Source: TPA_inf: Saccharomyces (Eukaryota). From it: 64,000 nucleotides of DNA. Below, in pieces: positions 32,673 through 44,200 of the stretch. The stretch covers positions 1-64,000 of the forward strand of contig BK006945.2 of the NCBI GenBank assembly GCA_000146045.2, given 5' to 3'. A model generated the notes under the pieces. It was not told the DNA's origin and did not search any database. It saw only the letters and a program-made list of their open reading frames with translations. The stretch's first letter is position 1. Each line of letters begins with the position of its first letter. The position numbers were made by a program, and so were the translations under genes.

Positions 32673-35204
32673 TCAAAAGTTACTCAGGTTAGGGAAAATT
32701 CCAAGTAGCTTATCAAGATCAATTGCCATTAGTTGATTCAAGGCTTCATTGTCATAATTCATGAGGTCAATTTCACTCTGTAAAGATTCGTCAACATCTT
32801 CAGTGAAGTTTCTGGAAAATTCTTGTGCGGAAATGAGTTTTTCTAATTCTTCCAAAATCTCCAAATCAAGACTTCCCAAGAATTGTGGATTGTTTAATTT
32901 TGATGTGAACGAAAAGGACTTATCCCTTCCCATACCCCATTTTAAACCGACAATCCTATGGATTCTTGAATATCTTTCATCCATAACGGCGTCACTCTTC
33001 CAGTAGTCGGATATAAACGCAGACAGCGCGTCAGTATCCACCAAATAAATGATATACCTGAAAATAGAGACAGAAATGAACGAACCGAGATAACTCTTTT
33101 CCAGTTTCGAGATAACAATTTCTACAAGTAATTTCATATGATATGACATCAACTTGATCATTTTTTCAATGACTCGACTAAGTCTTCCGTTTCTATCATT
33201 CAACATTCCCATGGCTGCAGAGGATCTGTCGCATGTATCCTTCTTATAAAATAATCTCACGAGCAAGGTGGCCTGGAATATGAGTAATCGATGTATCGAA
33301 AAGCGAACAACTTTCTGAGTGGCAAACCCAAAAGGTTCCCGTAAATGCAGAAGAGATCCATTAAAGTATTCCGAGATTAATTTTAGCAACGTTAAATAAT
33401 CTTGTATAGCGGTAAAAGTAAAGCGGTGATAATATGTTTTGTACTCCAAAGCGTTTTTGAAACATTGATTTTCAAAATGCAAAGATAAGCTATCATAGAT
33501 GTTCATTGTACAAGTGTAGCTAATCACATTAGCTATGAATGTTTCATTTTCCTCAAAAGTGCTAAAGTCAAAAGATTCTTCATTTGCTAAGGAAGAGGGA
33601 ACATTGATATGTAAGCTCTTCATCCTTGGTTCTCCAAGAGAACTTAAAATGAGAGGGAATTTCTGATTTAAAAAATCTTTTGTCTTGTCGATGTTATCCA
33701 ATACTTCCTTCAAGTAGGAAGGGCCATTTATTGGAAAACAAGAAGTCAGTAATACCTGTAAAGATAAATGTAAATGATAGATATTCTCTGCTGTAGCCAT
33801 CAACGATAAGTCTAGATTATTAGTAGAAGCGTAATTTCTCTCAAATAGTTCTGGTAGAGATTCGTCAGTTTTCATAAAGGATCTTAAATATTCCAAACTT
33901 AGAATGTCAGAATCTCCTTCTGGAATCAATATTCCAAACTTCAAAAATTGCACGCCAAGCCATAATTTCCTTCTTAAATTGAATAATCTTGGATAATCGT
34001 CCGATTCGCTGACGTATCGAGTGTATTGGAAGGGTTCTTCATTCAGTCCTAGCTTTATTGCTACATTCTCCAAAAATTTTAGGTTTAGTATGTCACTGTG
34101 AGTAGGATACATGTCAGCTTGATCTGGATTCAAATACCGCAATATGAAAAAATAGAGCAGACAACAAAGTGTATGTTCATTAACATATTGAAAAACGTTC
34201 ATGAGAGCAAGAAGTTTATGAGCGAGTAGCGTTAAATTATTCGATTTTACACCAAAAGATTCTTTAAATGAATGACTAGTACTTAGACTCAAACGTCTGT
34301 AAGAAAAAGCCAATATGATAGTTAGCAGTGTTATTGTCTCCAGTTTTCTTCTAGAGTCTTTGCCCGCAAATACAATGTTATACCCATTAAATTCATTCAA
34401 TTGCAACAGCTCCCTTATGTTATCTTCGAATAATGATATTTCCAGTAACGGATAGACCGGATATATTGTTTTGTAAAAGTCCACGATTAAGCCATCAACC
34501 TCATTCTTATTGAGGAAATATTTGGATAACTCTTCCAAAAGGATGTTTATGGAAATTTTATCATTATTTTCTTCAGGATGCGCTTGTTCATAATCATACG
34601 TGTTATACAGAAAATCTATTGGAGGATACAATTTGCTTGTTTTTGAGGTATTTTCAATAAATTTAAGTGCAGCTTTATCAATAAAAAACAAAGGTCCAAT
34701 ATCACCGATTGTTAAGTTAAGTTCTCTTTTTTTATTGTTGGCAGAAACGTTTTCACGATGGCGTTCGACATCAATCAGTATCCTCTCATGTATGCAGGTG
34801 GTCAAGGCCTTCGCATACAAATCATGTTGAAGAATGCTATGGAAGGCAAAAGGACTATCAACGATGGTTGTGTTATTCATTACAACAAGCTTGTCGTGTG
34901 CATTCGATAAATTCATGGCAAAATTTTTCATTTCCCAGTCTTTAGTACTTGGATTAAGTATGGAAGTAAAGGAACCACTTGCGGACATCGATGCAGGAGT
35001 AATGTTTCTAATGTCTCTATGTGGGGCATTTTCGATAGTGGGAGATTTGTTAATCCGTCCTGGTTCCACTTCGTAGCTACAAATCGAGGATGAGGCCTTG
35101 CATTTGGAGCAAGTAGGCCAAAGTTTATCACATTTGATTTTCCTTTGCTTACACCGCAAGCAAACAAACGATGGCTTAACCTTTTTCTGAGATGCAATGC
35201 TCAT
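32673..35204 (-). CDS. YLL054C: Zn(II)2Cys6 zinc-cluster transcription factor, 843 aa
   Basis: N-terminal CLRCKQRKIKCDKLWPTCSKCKASSSIC binuclear cluster plus a fungal transcription-factor middle domain. Confidence 0.8.
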   Translation of the reverse strand: MSIASQKKVKPSFVCLRCKQRKIKCDKLWPTCSKCKASSSICSYEVEPGRINKSPTIENAPHRDIRNITPASMSASGSFTSILNPSTKDWEMKNFAMNLSNAHDKLVVMNNTTIVDSPFAFHSILQHDLYAKALTTCIHERILIDVERHRENVSANNKKRELNLTIGDIGPLFFIDKAALKFIENTSKTSKLYPPIDFLYNTYDYEQAHPEENNDKISINILLEELSKYFLNKNEVDGLIVDFYKTIYPVYPLLEISLFEDNIRELLQLNEFNGYNIVFAGKDSRRKLETITLLTIILAFSYRRLSLSTSHSFKESFGVKSNNLTLLAHKLLALMNVFQYVNEHTLCCLLYFFILRYLNPDQADMYPTHSDILNLKFLENVAIKLGLNEEPFQYTRYVSESDDYPRLFNLRRKLWLGVQFLKFGILIPEGDSDILSLEYLRSFMKTDESLPELFERNYASTNNLDLSLMATAENIYHLHLSLQVLLTSCFPINGPSYLKEVLDNIDKTKDFLNQKFPLILSSLGEPRMKSLHINVPSSLANEESFDFSTFEENETFIANVISYTCTMNIYDSLSLHFENQCFKNALEYKTYYHRFTFTAIQDYLTLLKLISEYFNGSLLHLREPFGFATQKVVRFSIHRLLIFQATLLVRLFYKKDTCDRSSAAMGMLNDRNGRLSRVIEKMIKLMSYHMKLLVEIVISKLEKSYLGSFISVSIFRYIIYLVDTDALSAFISDYWKSDAVMDERYSRIHRIVGLKWGMGRDKSFSFTSKLNNPQFLGSLDLEILEELEKLISAQEFSRNFTEDVDESLQSEIDLMNYDNEALNQLMAIDLDKLLGIFPNLSNF

Positions 35205-35425
35205 ATCCAGTGCAGTACACTTATCTTGTCATAGATTTCTGATGGGTAAATAATTACTTCACATCATCTTTGTTTCCAAAGTTTGGCCTCAATGTTGCCT
35301 TTAGGAGGAAAAAATGTGAAGAATGCATACTTCTGCCGCTTACGTAAAAACAGAACTCTGACCAGAAGAGATAAAAACAAAAAAAAAATAAAGGACAGTA
35401 AATATGAAAAATAAGATATTATTAT

Positions 35426-35451
35426 ATTAAATTAAATTAAATTAAATTAAA
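35426..35451. repeat. (ATTAA)5 pentanucleotide repeat between YLL054C and the AQY2 3' end
   Basis: 'attaaattaaattaaattaaattaaa'. Confidence 0.85.
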
Positions 35452-35502
35452 CTACGATGGGAGCGTTATGCCAAAAAAGATAAAATTCTGAGCAGACTAC
35501 TC

Positions 35503-36361
35503 TCAGTCTTCCTTCTTTTGACCTGCCGCCTTTTCGGCATTAACGTATGTAGTGTAATCAAGGATTTGTAATAATTGCCACACTGACCAGGCTAAGAAGG
35601 CACCCAAAAGTGGGCTAATCCAGTAGATCCAGTGGTAATGAGGGAAATATCTGGCAGCAACGGCGGCACCCAGAGATCTTGCAGGGTTGACACCGGTACC
35701 AGTGTAACCGGTCAAAGCCATGTGAGCCATGAATAAAGAAATACCAATTGGAAGCGCAGCCATAAAGTTAGTTTCACGTTTTTCAACAGCAGTCATCAAA
35801 ACTGTTAAACACAACACAGCAGTACCAAACATTTCCAAAAACAACCCCCTAGATCTGGAACAGCCTAAACCCAAAGCATTAGTAAAGAGAACCTTGCCTG
35901 GAGTCATAGCACTAGCGGCACCACCAGCAGCCATCCCAGCAATGATCTGAGGAAACCACATCACTACACATCTGGCTGGTGAGATGGCTCTGGCCAAACA
36001 CAAAGAGAGAGAAACGGCTGGGTTCAAAGCCCCACCAGAAACACCAGATAGAAAACATCACAGAGAAACCGAAACCAAGGGCAATCATGATCAATTGACC
36101 TGGATGAGAGCCCTCAGGCTCGGTTGTCAAAGCCACATCATGGTTAGCGACATTACAAATGACGTAAGCACACCATAAAAACATGAAGGTACCGCAAAAC
36201 TCACCCACAGCAGCGATAAAGTGGTTTCTTAAGGTATCTCTGTCAATATTAAAACGCGAATGCTTCGTTTCCGGCTGTTCAGGTGGAATATAAGCATTGT
36301 CAACACCGGTCGGGTCCAAGTGCGAAATGTTTTTTTCAAGGTCGTTAGATTCGTTAGACAT
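35503..36361 (-). pseudogene. AQY2: Aquaporin AQY2, disrupted by an 11-bp deletion. It is split into a YLL052C N-terminal fragment (35912..36361) and a YLL053C C-terminal fragment (35503..35961/36027).
   Basis: Two overlapping minus-strand ORFs. The upstream one reads ...[15 protein letters not shown], then goes out of frame. The +1 frame resumes with SGGALNPAV (first NPA box) and NPARS (second NPA). About 11 nt are missing relative to an intact aquaporin between GFGFxVM and SGGNLNPA. Confidence 0.85.
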
Positions 36362-37332
36362 AGTATAACTAAGGTAGGCTAGTGTCGCTTTTGAATATTT
36401 TCAGGAATTGTAATAGCCAGGAACAAGAAAAAAGACATGCGCACACTAATAAGCTACTAAAACCAACATATTTATACTATCAACCGAGAGAGGGGCAGAT
36501 ATGATTCACGATAAAAAGTTAATAAAAGGATAACAGCGGCGCTCTAATTCGTTAATGAAAGCCATAGTCCGGTATGGACAAAAACTATTTCCTTCTTTTT
36601 TTTTTTTAGGTTTTTTTTTAATTTGCACTTGCAATAATCTAATTCACTGTAGGAGTTTAAAGAAAAACATCTAGAAGGATTGGAGGAGGTAAGTCATTAT
36701 TATGGCGGTGCTCTTTTAGCGGGAAAAAAAAAAATACACCTACGACGTTAAAACAGATCGTGCTGTCGTCTCAGCGGCAGTAAAAGTACTGTAGTAGTTA
36801 CGGTGCACGCAGATGCAATGCTAATTAAATAATCATGCTCCCATTTTTAAGAAGCAGAAAAAGGCCGCAGTAATTTGAGCCGTGAAAAGATTTCGGAGGG
36901 TTGATTCTTAACATTTTCCAAAAAAATGTCCTTTGGTCTGTTTGCTTGGGTCTGAAAAGAAGGACTGCAGCGCCACCTCCACTGGTTAAGGACAAAATCC
37001 ATACTTATTCCATCTTTCTCGGGACATATTTTCCTGAGACAAAAGACCGTAGAACTTCAAAGACTCGTTCCCAGAAAGGGATTTAGAGTTAATTTTTGCT
37101 CGGCATCAAGCCGGAAAAATTCAGGCGCCGCTTAGTAATTAATTGCAAGTAAAGAAGTACCGGATTTATTAGACATCGTCTTAGCAAGCAAATTCCTGAA
37201 AGCTAAAACGCAAATAATTAACTAAAAATAGTTGCTAAAGAGCACCTTTTATGCGGTACATAAAAGTTTTTAGTGCCGTAGATATATGTAGATATAGGTG
37301 GGCGTAGGATCAGAAGGAGCCGGAGAGAAGAT

Positions 37333-39471
37333 TTACCAACACTGATATTCCTCGAAATACTCTATAATTCTCTCTGGGTAACCGAGGAGTTTTTGAGAAA
37401 CGGTGTTTCTAACATCGTCCACCAGAACAGGAGGGCCGCAGCACACGACCGCTAATGAATCTCCAGGCGGCGTACTTTTTATTGCGTTTTCAATTACATT
37501 GCTAAAATTAGGTCTTGCATTGCCGATGTGGGCGAAGCTTGTCAGTTCGGTCATTATATCATCAAAATGTATTAATTGGTCTCGTGCGTTTGCTGCCTTT
37601 GTAACAGCTGTTTTCTGTGTAAGGTAAACCTGCACGTTGACGTGGGATCGGCTATTTTTTAGCTCTAGTATCTCGGATTTATAGCCGTTAAGAAAAGAAG
37701 GATTTTTGATCGCCATGATCAAATCTATACTCTTGGGTTTATCAGGGTTTCGTGACAGCTTAATGGCATGATCTAATGGACCAGGCAAGCCTGTTCCTCC
37801 ACTTAGTAACAGCAAATGGTCGAATTTATCGAGGTGAAGATTACTGGGCCCATAAGGTCCCTCAATGGCCACTCGGAGTTGTAATTTACCATTTAAAGAT
37901 TGCAAAATATGGTTATAAATGAATCTAGTGAGACCACTTTTAGGTTTGATCACTAAAACACACTTCTCACCTTCGTCGATAATGGTAAATGGATGGCATT
38001 GCCAAAATACCAATGGATGTAAAAAATAAATGAAACAATATTGACCCGGTTTCGAATGCCATCTCCGGTTATATTTGGGTATGATTACTTTAAACATTTC
38101 ATCGTGCGGGTTGTTGCTGGTGTTCAAATTGATTAGTGTTGCTTTCGGAAATCTAAACTGCAAAATGTTCCATATTCTGAAAAGCTTTTCCAGCCCCCAA
38201 ATGAGCAAGGATACCACTATCCATTCTTTCCAACCGTTGAAAATTTTGACGTGTTGCCAACAACAGTAAAAGAACAAAAGGGCTAGTATGATGTGGGTGT
38301 ACAGGAAAAATTCGTAATGTCTTTTCCTTACTATTCCGAGCGATAGAACTAGTAGAACGCAAAGCACTGTTATGGATGCAATACCAAACTTCCAATAGAG
38401 CTGTTTGTTGCTTATTTTGAAGGCATGGTTGATAATTGCGAATAATGAATAAGAAAGCGAATGTATCGTTGCGTTTAAGACCATGATTCTACCGATCCAT
38501 TTATGGAAACTAATAAAGGAATTGAACTTGACTCCTGTTAAAAATTCGAGAAAACTATTCCTTGCCGTAAAAATGATAATGAGAGGGAACTGAGTAAACG
38601 CCAGTATCCCAGATCTATCAGCCAACAGTCTTGTAAACTGCGACAGGTGACTGTTGAAAATGAGGTTATATGGGTCTATGATGTAACTTATGGACAAAAA
38701 TATGATGTTCGCCAATGTGTATCCAAAAATGATCCATGCCTCCAAGGAATTCGGCATCAGTCCCGTAAAGACTTCCACGTTTAGAAACTTGAAGTGATTA
38801 GCGTGCTTATCTACTAAAAACGTAGGCAACACAAAATGGCCCCGAATATAATTGACGAACCGGCTTGCAAATAGCGCTCGATTCAGGCCGTTATAGTGAC
38901 TCATATGGAAGAAGACGGCGATAATACCCACTATGACGAAGTAGTAAGTTAAATATGCACCATAAACACTGCTGATATCTAAATTATAGGCATGCGCATG
39001 AAAAGCTCGTATCCATCTAGATCTTGTCTCACGATCGACTCGAATGGATGTCGATAAACTTTCAATAGAACCATAGTCTTCCAAAGCGTGAGAAGAAGCA
39101 TTATTTAAAGATGAGTAGTATTGCTCCAGTGAAATATTGCTAAACTTTTTATCGACAAACGAGCACGTTTTTCGTACGTTACCCAAGCTTTCTTCGAAAC
39201 TTGTGTTGTCCATGGGAATAATCTGGTCTGTAAGCGAATTGAAGATACAAAGTGACCAAGTATCAAACGCTGGTGAATAAGAGCATATGGTAGAATAGAA
39301 ACCCGGTACGACGGAGCTATCAAATGACCACTTCAGAGTATTTATATAGGATGCGCATGCCAGCACAGCGTTGGATTCCAAATGGTCTTTTTTTTCAGTG
39401 TGTGGTAATTTTATATTAAAAGCCTTTGTTAAAGATATCAGCCACGTTAAAAACAGAAGCGTTCTATGCAT
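37333..39471 (-). CDS. FRE6: Ferric/cupric reductase, NOX/FRE family (712 aa from ATG at 39469..39471)
   Basis: Ferric-reductase TM domain with His pairs, an FAD-binding HPFT motif and an NADPH-binding GPYG... motif. The start is moved from the track ORF start (39501) to the internal ATG at 39469..39471 that gives 712 aa. Confidence 0.8.
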   Translation of the reverse strand: MHRTLLFLTWLISLTKAFNIKLPHTEKKDHLESNAVLACASYINTLKWSFDSSVVPGFYSTICSYSPAFDTWSLCIFNSLTDQIIPMDNTSFEESLGNVRKTCSFVDKKFSNISLEQYYSSLNNASSHALEDYGSIESLSTSIRVDRETRSRWIRAFHAHAYNLDISSVYGAYLTYYFVIVGIIAVFFHMSHYNGLNRALFASRFVNYIRGHFVLPTFLVDKHANHFKFLNVEVFTGLMPNSLEAWIIFGYTLANIIFLSISYIIDPYNLIFNSHLSQFTRLLADRSGILAFTQFPLIIIFTARNSFLEFLTGVKFNSFISFHKWIGRIMVLNATIHSLSYSLFAIINHAFKISNKQLYWKFGIASITVLCVLLVLSLGIVRKRHYEFFLYTHIILALLFFYCCWQHVKIFNGWKEWIVVSLLIWGLEKLFRIWNILQFRFPKATLINLNTSNNPHDEMFKVIIPKYNRRWHSKPGQYCFIYFLHPLVFWQCHPFTIIDEGEKCVLVIKPKSGLTRFIYNHILQSLNGKLQLRVAIEGPYGPSNLHLDKFDHLLLLSGGTGLPGPLDHAIKLSRNPDKPKSIDLIMAIKNPSFLNGYKSEILELKNSRSHVNVQVYLTQKTAVTKAANARDQLIHFDDIMTELTSFAHIGNARPNFSNVIENAIKSTPPGDSLAVVCCGPPVLVDDVRNTVSQKLLGYPERIIEYFEEYQCW

Positions 39472-39803
39472 ATTCAACGAGCTATGGTCGTCATGCTTCA
39501 CTTTAGAAGATTATAGAAAAATCATTGCTGCCTGGTTCGATGACCTTGTATCTTTTCTTGATCTACATGGCCAGTATTTCCGTTCTGAATTTAGAATTAC
39601 AAATATGGGTGCAAAAACAATGCCCACTAGCCGGGGTGTACGGGACCTTAAATCTAAGTATTGTGTTTTAGATAGAGTTGCGAAGAGAAAATTATAATTA
39701 TAATAATTCTATACATGTATTCTGTATATATATGACGATTTTATATATAGATATACATTTTCATTTTTCTTGAAGATTGTTGTCATTTGTGAAATCATTT
39801 ACC

Positions 39804-40414
39804 TTAATGAGAACCAGCGCCTCTGCTGACTCTTTCCAAAACAGAATCGTAAGAAACTTCGGAAAAATCAGTACCTTGAACATCGGTAGAGACACCGTTT
39901 AAGGCTCTTCTTAAGGCATCCTTGGAGGATGCATAGACCATCTTAGATCTGACTGGAGCAGTGTCTGGAGACCAAGTGAAGAAAACAATCTTGGATCTCT
40001 TACCTTCATTACCATTAATTTCGTATTCAAAATCGTAAATGGCGTAAAGACAGTCGTTTTCTGGCAATTTCTCTAAGAAGGCATCGTAAGATGGGTCAGT
40101 AGAGGTTTCCTTGACAACGATTTCGGTTTTAGCATCGTTCAATCCGAATAAAATAAATTTGTATTTTTTACCCAATTTCAAGTCATTGAAAGCGGTAAGG
40201 GATTCATCAGCAACAGCAACACTACACAGAAACTTCACATTTTCCTGGCTTCTTATGAATTTTTTCCCCCACATTCCTTTTAAAGTTCCATGTTAAAAAG
40301 GGAGGAAAGAAAGGACATAAGAGAGCGAGATAAAACAGCATCATGTCAATTAGTTAGTAATTGATAGTTTACACAGGAGTACAAATGAAATTTAGCATAC
40401 CCAGATCTAGACAT
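39804..40414 (-). CDS. COF1: Cofilin, actin-depolymerising factor (143 aa). Two exons, 40401..40414 and 39804..40221, with a 179-nt intron at 40222..40400.
   Basis: Exon 1 is ATGTCTAGATCTGG, followed by GTATGC...TAG. Exon 2 starts TGTTGCTGTTGCTGATGAATC. The spliced product is [143 protein letters not shown]. The track ORF begins with spurious intronic codons. Confidence 0.85.
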
Positions 40415-40665
40415 CTTCTTTTGTTAGTTTTTTGTTTATGTATGTTTTGAAATCTGAAGTTTACGTAGTTGCTAACCAGTCTTTTCTTGTTTCCTCTTTT
40501 TCTTCCAATTTTGTCATCAAACAGGGGCGGCGTCACCCGAATATTGTTCTTATTACCCGGATATTAGGTAATTTAGAGGTACTGCATATAGTATAAGTGA
40601 TTGATGAACTTATAGAATGTTCTCTCGAGCTTCCAAGGCCATTAGCCTCTACCAAAGGAAGTTTG

Positions 40666-41205
40666 ATGCCTGGTCTTAAGCTTGTTGAAGCTTTAGAATA
40701 CAGGTGTGACCGATTGGAGCGGCTTATAGGCGCCGGATACAGCGCGAATTCCGATGTTTCAGTGCAATTAGATGAACTATACAATCAGTTACATCGTCTA
40801 TATTTCCAGGGTCTAAAGTATTCTCAAGATCTCCTGCAACTCTTTAATACTTTCATGGCTGAAGACATCGAGAACGTGGGAGCTCCTGATGATATTTGTA
40901 TTTTTGCTAGTTGCTTTGACGATATTTATACATTATATAGTGCATTTGACGAACTAAACAGCCAATATATGGAGTTTTGCCAAATCAGTAAAAGTTCATT
41001 GGATCAGATTTCCTTCAAAGACGCAAATATTGAAACGAAACAGTTGAAGAAGTTACCCGAGTTGGTGGATAACTGCAACATAATGATTTTGAGGTCAATT
41101 GCAATTCTAAACCGTTTCATCGACTGGAATATTGAAGTTAACGGATTCTTCCAGTTCCAGAAAAAGAGGCTGTTGAATTTACAAAAGGTAATTTATAGTA
41201 CGTGA
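40666..41205 (+). CDS. LDB18: Dynactin p24-like subunit (179 aa from ATG at 40666)
   Basis: The ORF is 202 aa by the track. An internal ATG gives 179 aa, matching YLL049W. Position between COF1 and YBT1. Confidence 0.65.
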   Translation: MPGLKLVEALEYRCDRLERLIGAGYSANSDVSVQLDELYNQLHRLYFQGLKYSQDLLQLFNTFMAEDIENVGAPDDICIFASCFDDIYTLYSAFDELNSQYMEFCQISKSSLDQISFKDANIETKQLKKLPELVDNCNIMILRSIAILNRFIDWNIEVNGFFQFQKKRLLNLQKVIYST

Positions 41206-41216
41206 ACATGTGTGCG

Positions 41217-41263
<47 letters not shown>
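41217..41263. repeat. (TA)n microsatellite of about 20 units, downstream of the LDB18 stop and just before the YBT1 stop (41280) on the opposite strand
   Basis: 'tatatacatatatatatatatatatatatatatatatatatatatac'. Confidence 0.9.
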
Positions 41264-41279
41264 TTTAGCATCGAAACAG

Positions 41280-44200
41280 CTAGTCCTTTTTAGAGTTCAA
41301 TTTTTCCACAAAGGCTTTTTTAGCCAATTCAATTAGGATATCCAATTCTCCACTATGCTCACACATGCTATAAAAGGCACTTTGTTTGTTAAGTAACAAA
41401 GAATATGGGTGATCATACTCTTTTACCTCACCTGCATCCATCACCAAAATTTTATCATAATCGATAACAGATCTCAACCTATGTGCAATTGTCAAAATTG
41501 TACTACCTTGGAACTCTTTTCTTATGGTTTCTTGGATCTTCGCATCGGAACTGTAGTCGATGGACGCTGTAGCTTCGTCCAGCAATATGATCTTTGGACT
41601 CCTCAGTAAAGATCTAGCAAGGCACATCAATTGGCGCTGTCCTTGAGACAAATTGGATCCACCTTCGCTAATTTCACTACTTAAATCCAAGAATTTATTA
41701 ACATTTTCGGAGTTAGTCGACGAAGCCTCATTGCTTGTTTCTCTTGTGGCGCCTTGTTGTAATTGTTCTTCACTAATTAGATTTACACGTTTCAAAGCTT
41801 CAAAGATCTGTCTGTCACTAAATTCATCATATGGGTCTAGGTTTGTTTTAATCGTCCCTGAGAATAGTGTTGGATCTTGTGGAATAATAGTTATAGAACG
41901 ACGCAGTCTTTGTAAATCAACACCGGAAATATCGATATTATCAATTTTGATATGGCCTGTCTCAGGTTCCAAAAATCTGAACAAGGCGGTAATAATAGTT
42001 GATTTACCGGCACCGGTTCTACCAACAATACCGATCTTAGACTGAGCGTCGACAGAAAATGAAACATTTTTAATTACTCTAGGTAGATTTGGAGCATACC
42101 GTAATGATAAATCATTAACCTCGATTTTACCGTCTTGTGGCCATTGTGGTGGCGGTATTTCTTTGTGTTCGTTGTATGGCTCTTGCTCAATTTCCATATA
42201 TTCTTTGACTCTTTCAACAGAATTCATATTCATCTCCACTTCAGAGTACAATCTTACCAACCACAATGCCCCTTCAGTGAAGGAAATAGCATACGTCAAA
42301 GATATACCAGCCATACCCGAATCCAGATTATTAATATTGAATAGAATGAACAAACCAGCTCCAAAAATGACCAAGGATCCAATCATATCTATCCTAAAGG
42401 CCAACCAACGATTAGCAACCCACAAGTAGAAGAATGGTTTATTATTTTCATCAATTTTGTGTAAATTCTCTTGCATAAACCTCCCTTCATCACCAAACGC
42501 ACGAATGGTGGTAACACCGACAAGAGTCTCGGAAAAATGTTGATAGATCGGTGATCTAGAAATAGATTCAAATCTTTTCAATTCACGAGAACCTGCCATG
42601 TAGAAATACCCAACAAAATAATACAATATTGAAACAACTATAGCAACAGATAAGAACTGTGGAGTAATAAATGTAATCAGTATGACGGTGGATAAACATT
42701 CAATAAGCGAATAGAAGGCGCCTTGTATATAAGGTGTCAGTTCCTGATCAATAGCTTCGATATCCTTGGAAAACCTGTTCATAATTCTACCTGTTGGAGT
42801 AGCATCAAAAAATCTTATCTTGGAGTGTAAAACCTTGTTTAGAATCATATTAAATATCTTTCTTGACGCGTTGATACCAGCAACGAAATTTAAAATAGTT
42901 TTACCAGCTCCCAATAAAGCCTGAGCAAAACCAATGATTAGGTACAAAACCAGATAATACATTGTAGAGTGTCCACTGGAAGGTTGGTTTTCAGCTGACG
43001 CCATACTGATTTGGGACGAGCCCCTCCAATCAATTAGATGACTAGCCTTCTTGGAGATAAATGCAATAGCGCGTTGTGCTCTGGGAATAATTTTAGCAAT
43101 GACATTGTGTGACGCCCAGGCACGAACCCACCATGATTGTCCGATATACAAAAGTTGGGCTATCAAGAACAAGGAAGCTAAAAATGAAACAATCTTCCAA
43201 CCACCAAAAATTTTCAAATACCATTTATAGACATCCAGACCAACCACACCTTCTTCTTTTGTTTCCTCTTTTATTAATTTACCATCTTCAGTGCGTTCAG
43301 CTTCTGTCCTCAATGATTTTTGAAGTTTCTTGGCTTCAAAGTGGGAGGAGTTGTTGTTCACGCTAACTTGTTGTTCTTTGACAGCGGGTAGGTTACTTAA
43401 GCTTGTGCTACTTTTTGCGGCTAAGTTAGCAGAAGAGTTTGCACGCGATAAGATACTACTTTTCACTAACTCGTCTTCACCAAACAAACCCTTCTGTAAC
43501 ATGTCTATTGGATCACCTTGGTCTTTAACCCTACCATCTTCTAGTAAGACTACCAATTCAGCATTTCTCAAGGTCAAGGCGATGTTGTGTGAAACCAAAA
43601 TACATGTCCTATCTTCCATTAATGGTCCAGTAATACAATTATCGTAAATCCAAGATGCAGTATGTGAATCAACTGCACTTAAACAATCATCCAAAAGGAC
43701 ATGCCTAGCATTGGAATACAAGGCTCTAGCAAGGGAGACTCTCTGCTTTTGACCACCGGATAAAGTAATACCCTTCTCACCGATTTCTGTTAGGTCACCG
43801 GCTTTCAAGATCTCAAAATCACGTTTCAATCCGCATGCTTCGACAACAGCTTTATATCTTGCCTCATTGAATGGACTATTGAATAAAATGTTGTTTTTTA
43901 CAGTATCATTTAGAAGCCAAGCGGCCTGAGAACAATAAGCGATAGAGTTAGTGGTTCCATTCGCATCTACTATTAGTTCCTGCCTTGGTTCTAGAGCTGG
44001 GACGACAACCTTACCATTGAGTAGATACATTTCACCTAATAATGCCATTAGTAGGGATGTCTTACCAGAACCAGTGGGGCCAATAACGACATTTAGTTTA
44101 CCAGTTTTGAATTCAATGTTCAAGTCTTTCAATTTGAAATCTTGATTGTCCTTATCCCAAGAGATGGTGGAATTCTCAAAGGCAAATCTGTTTCCATTTG

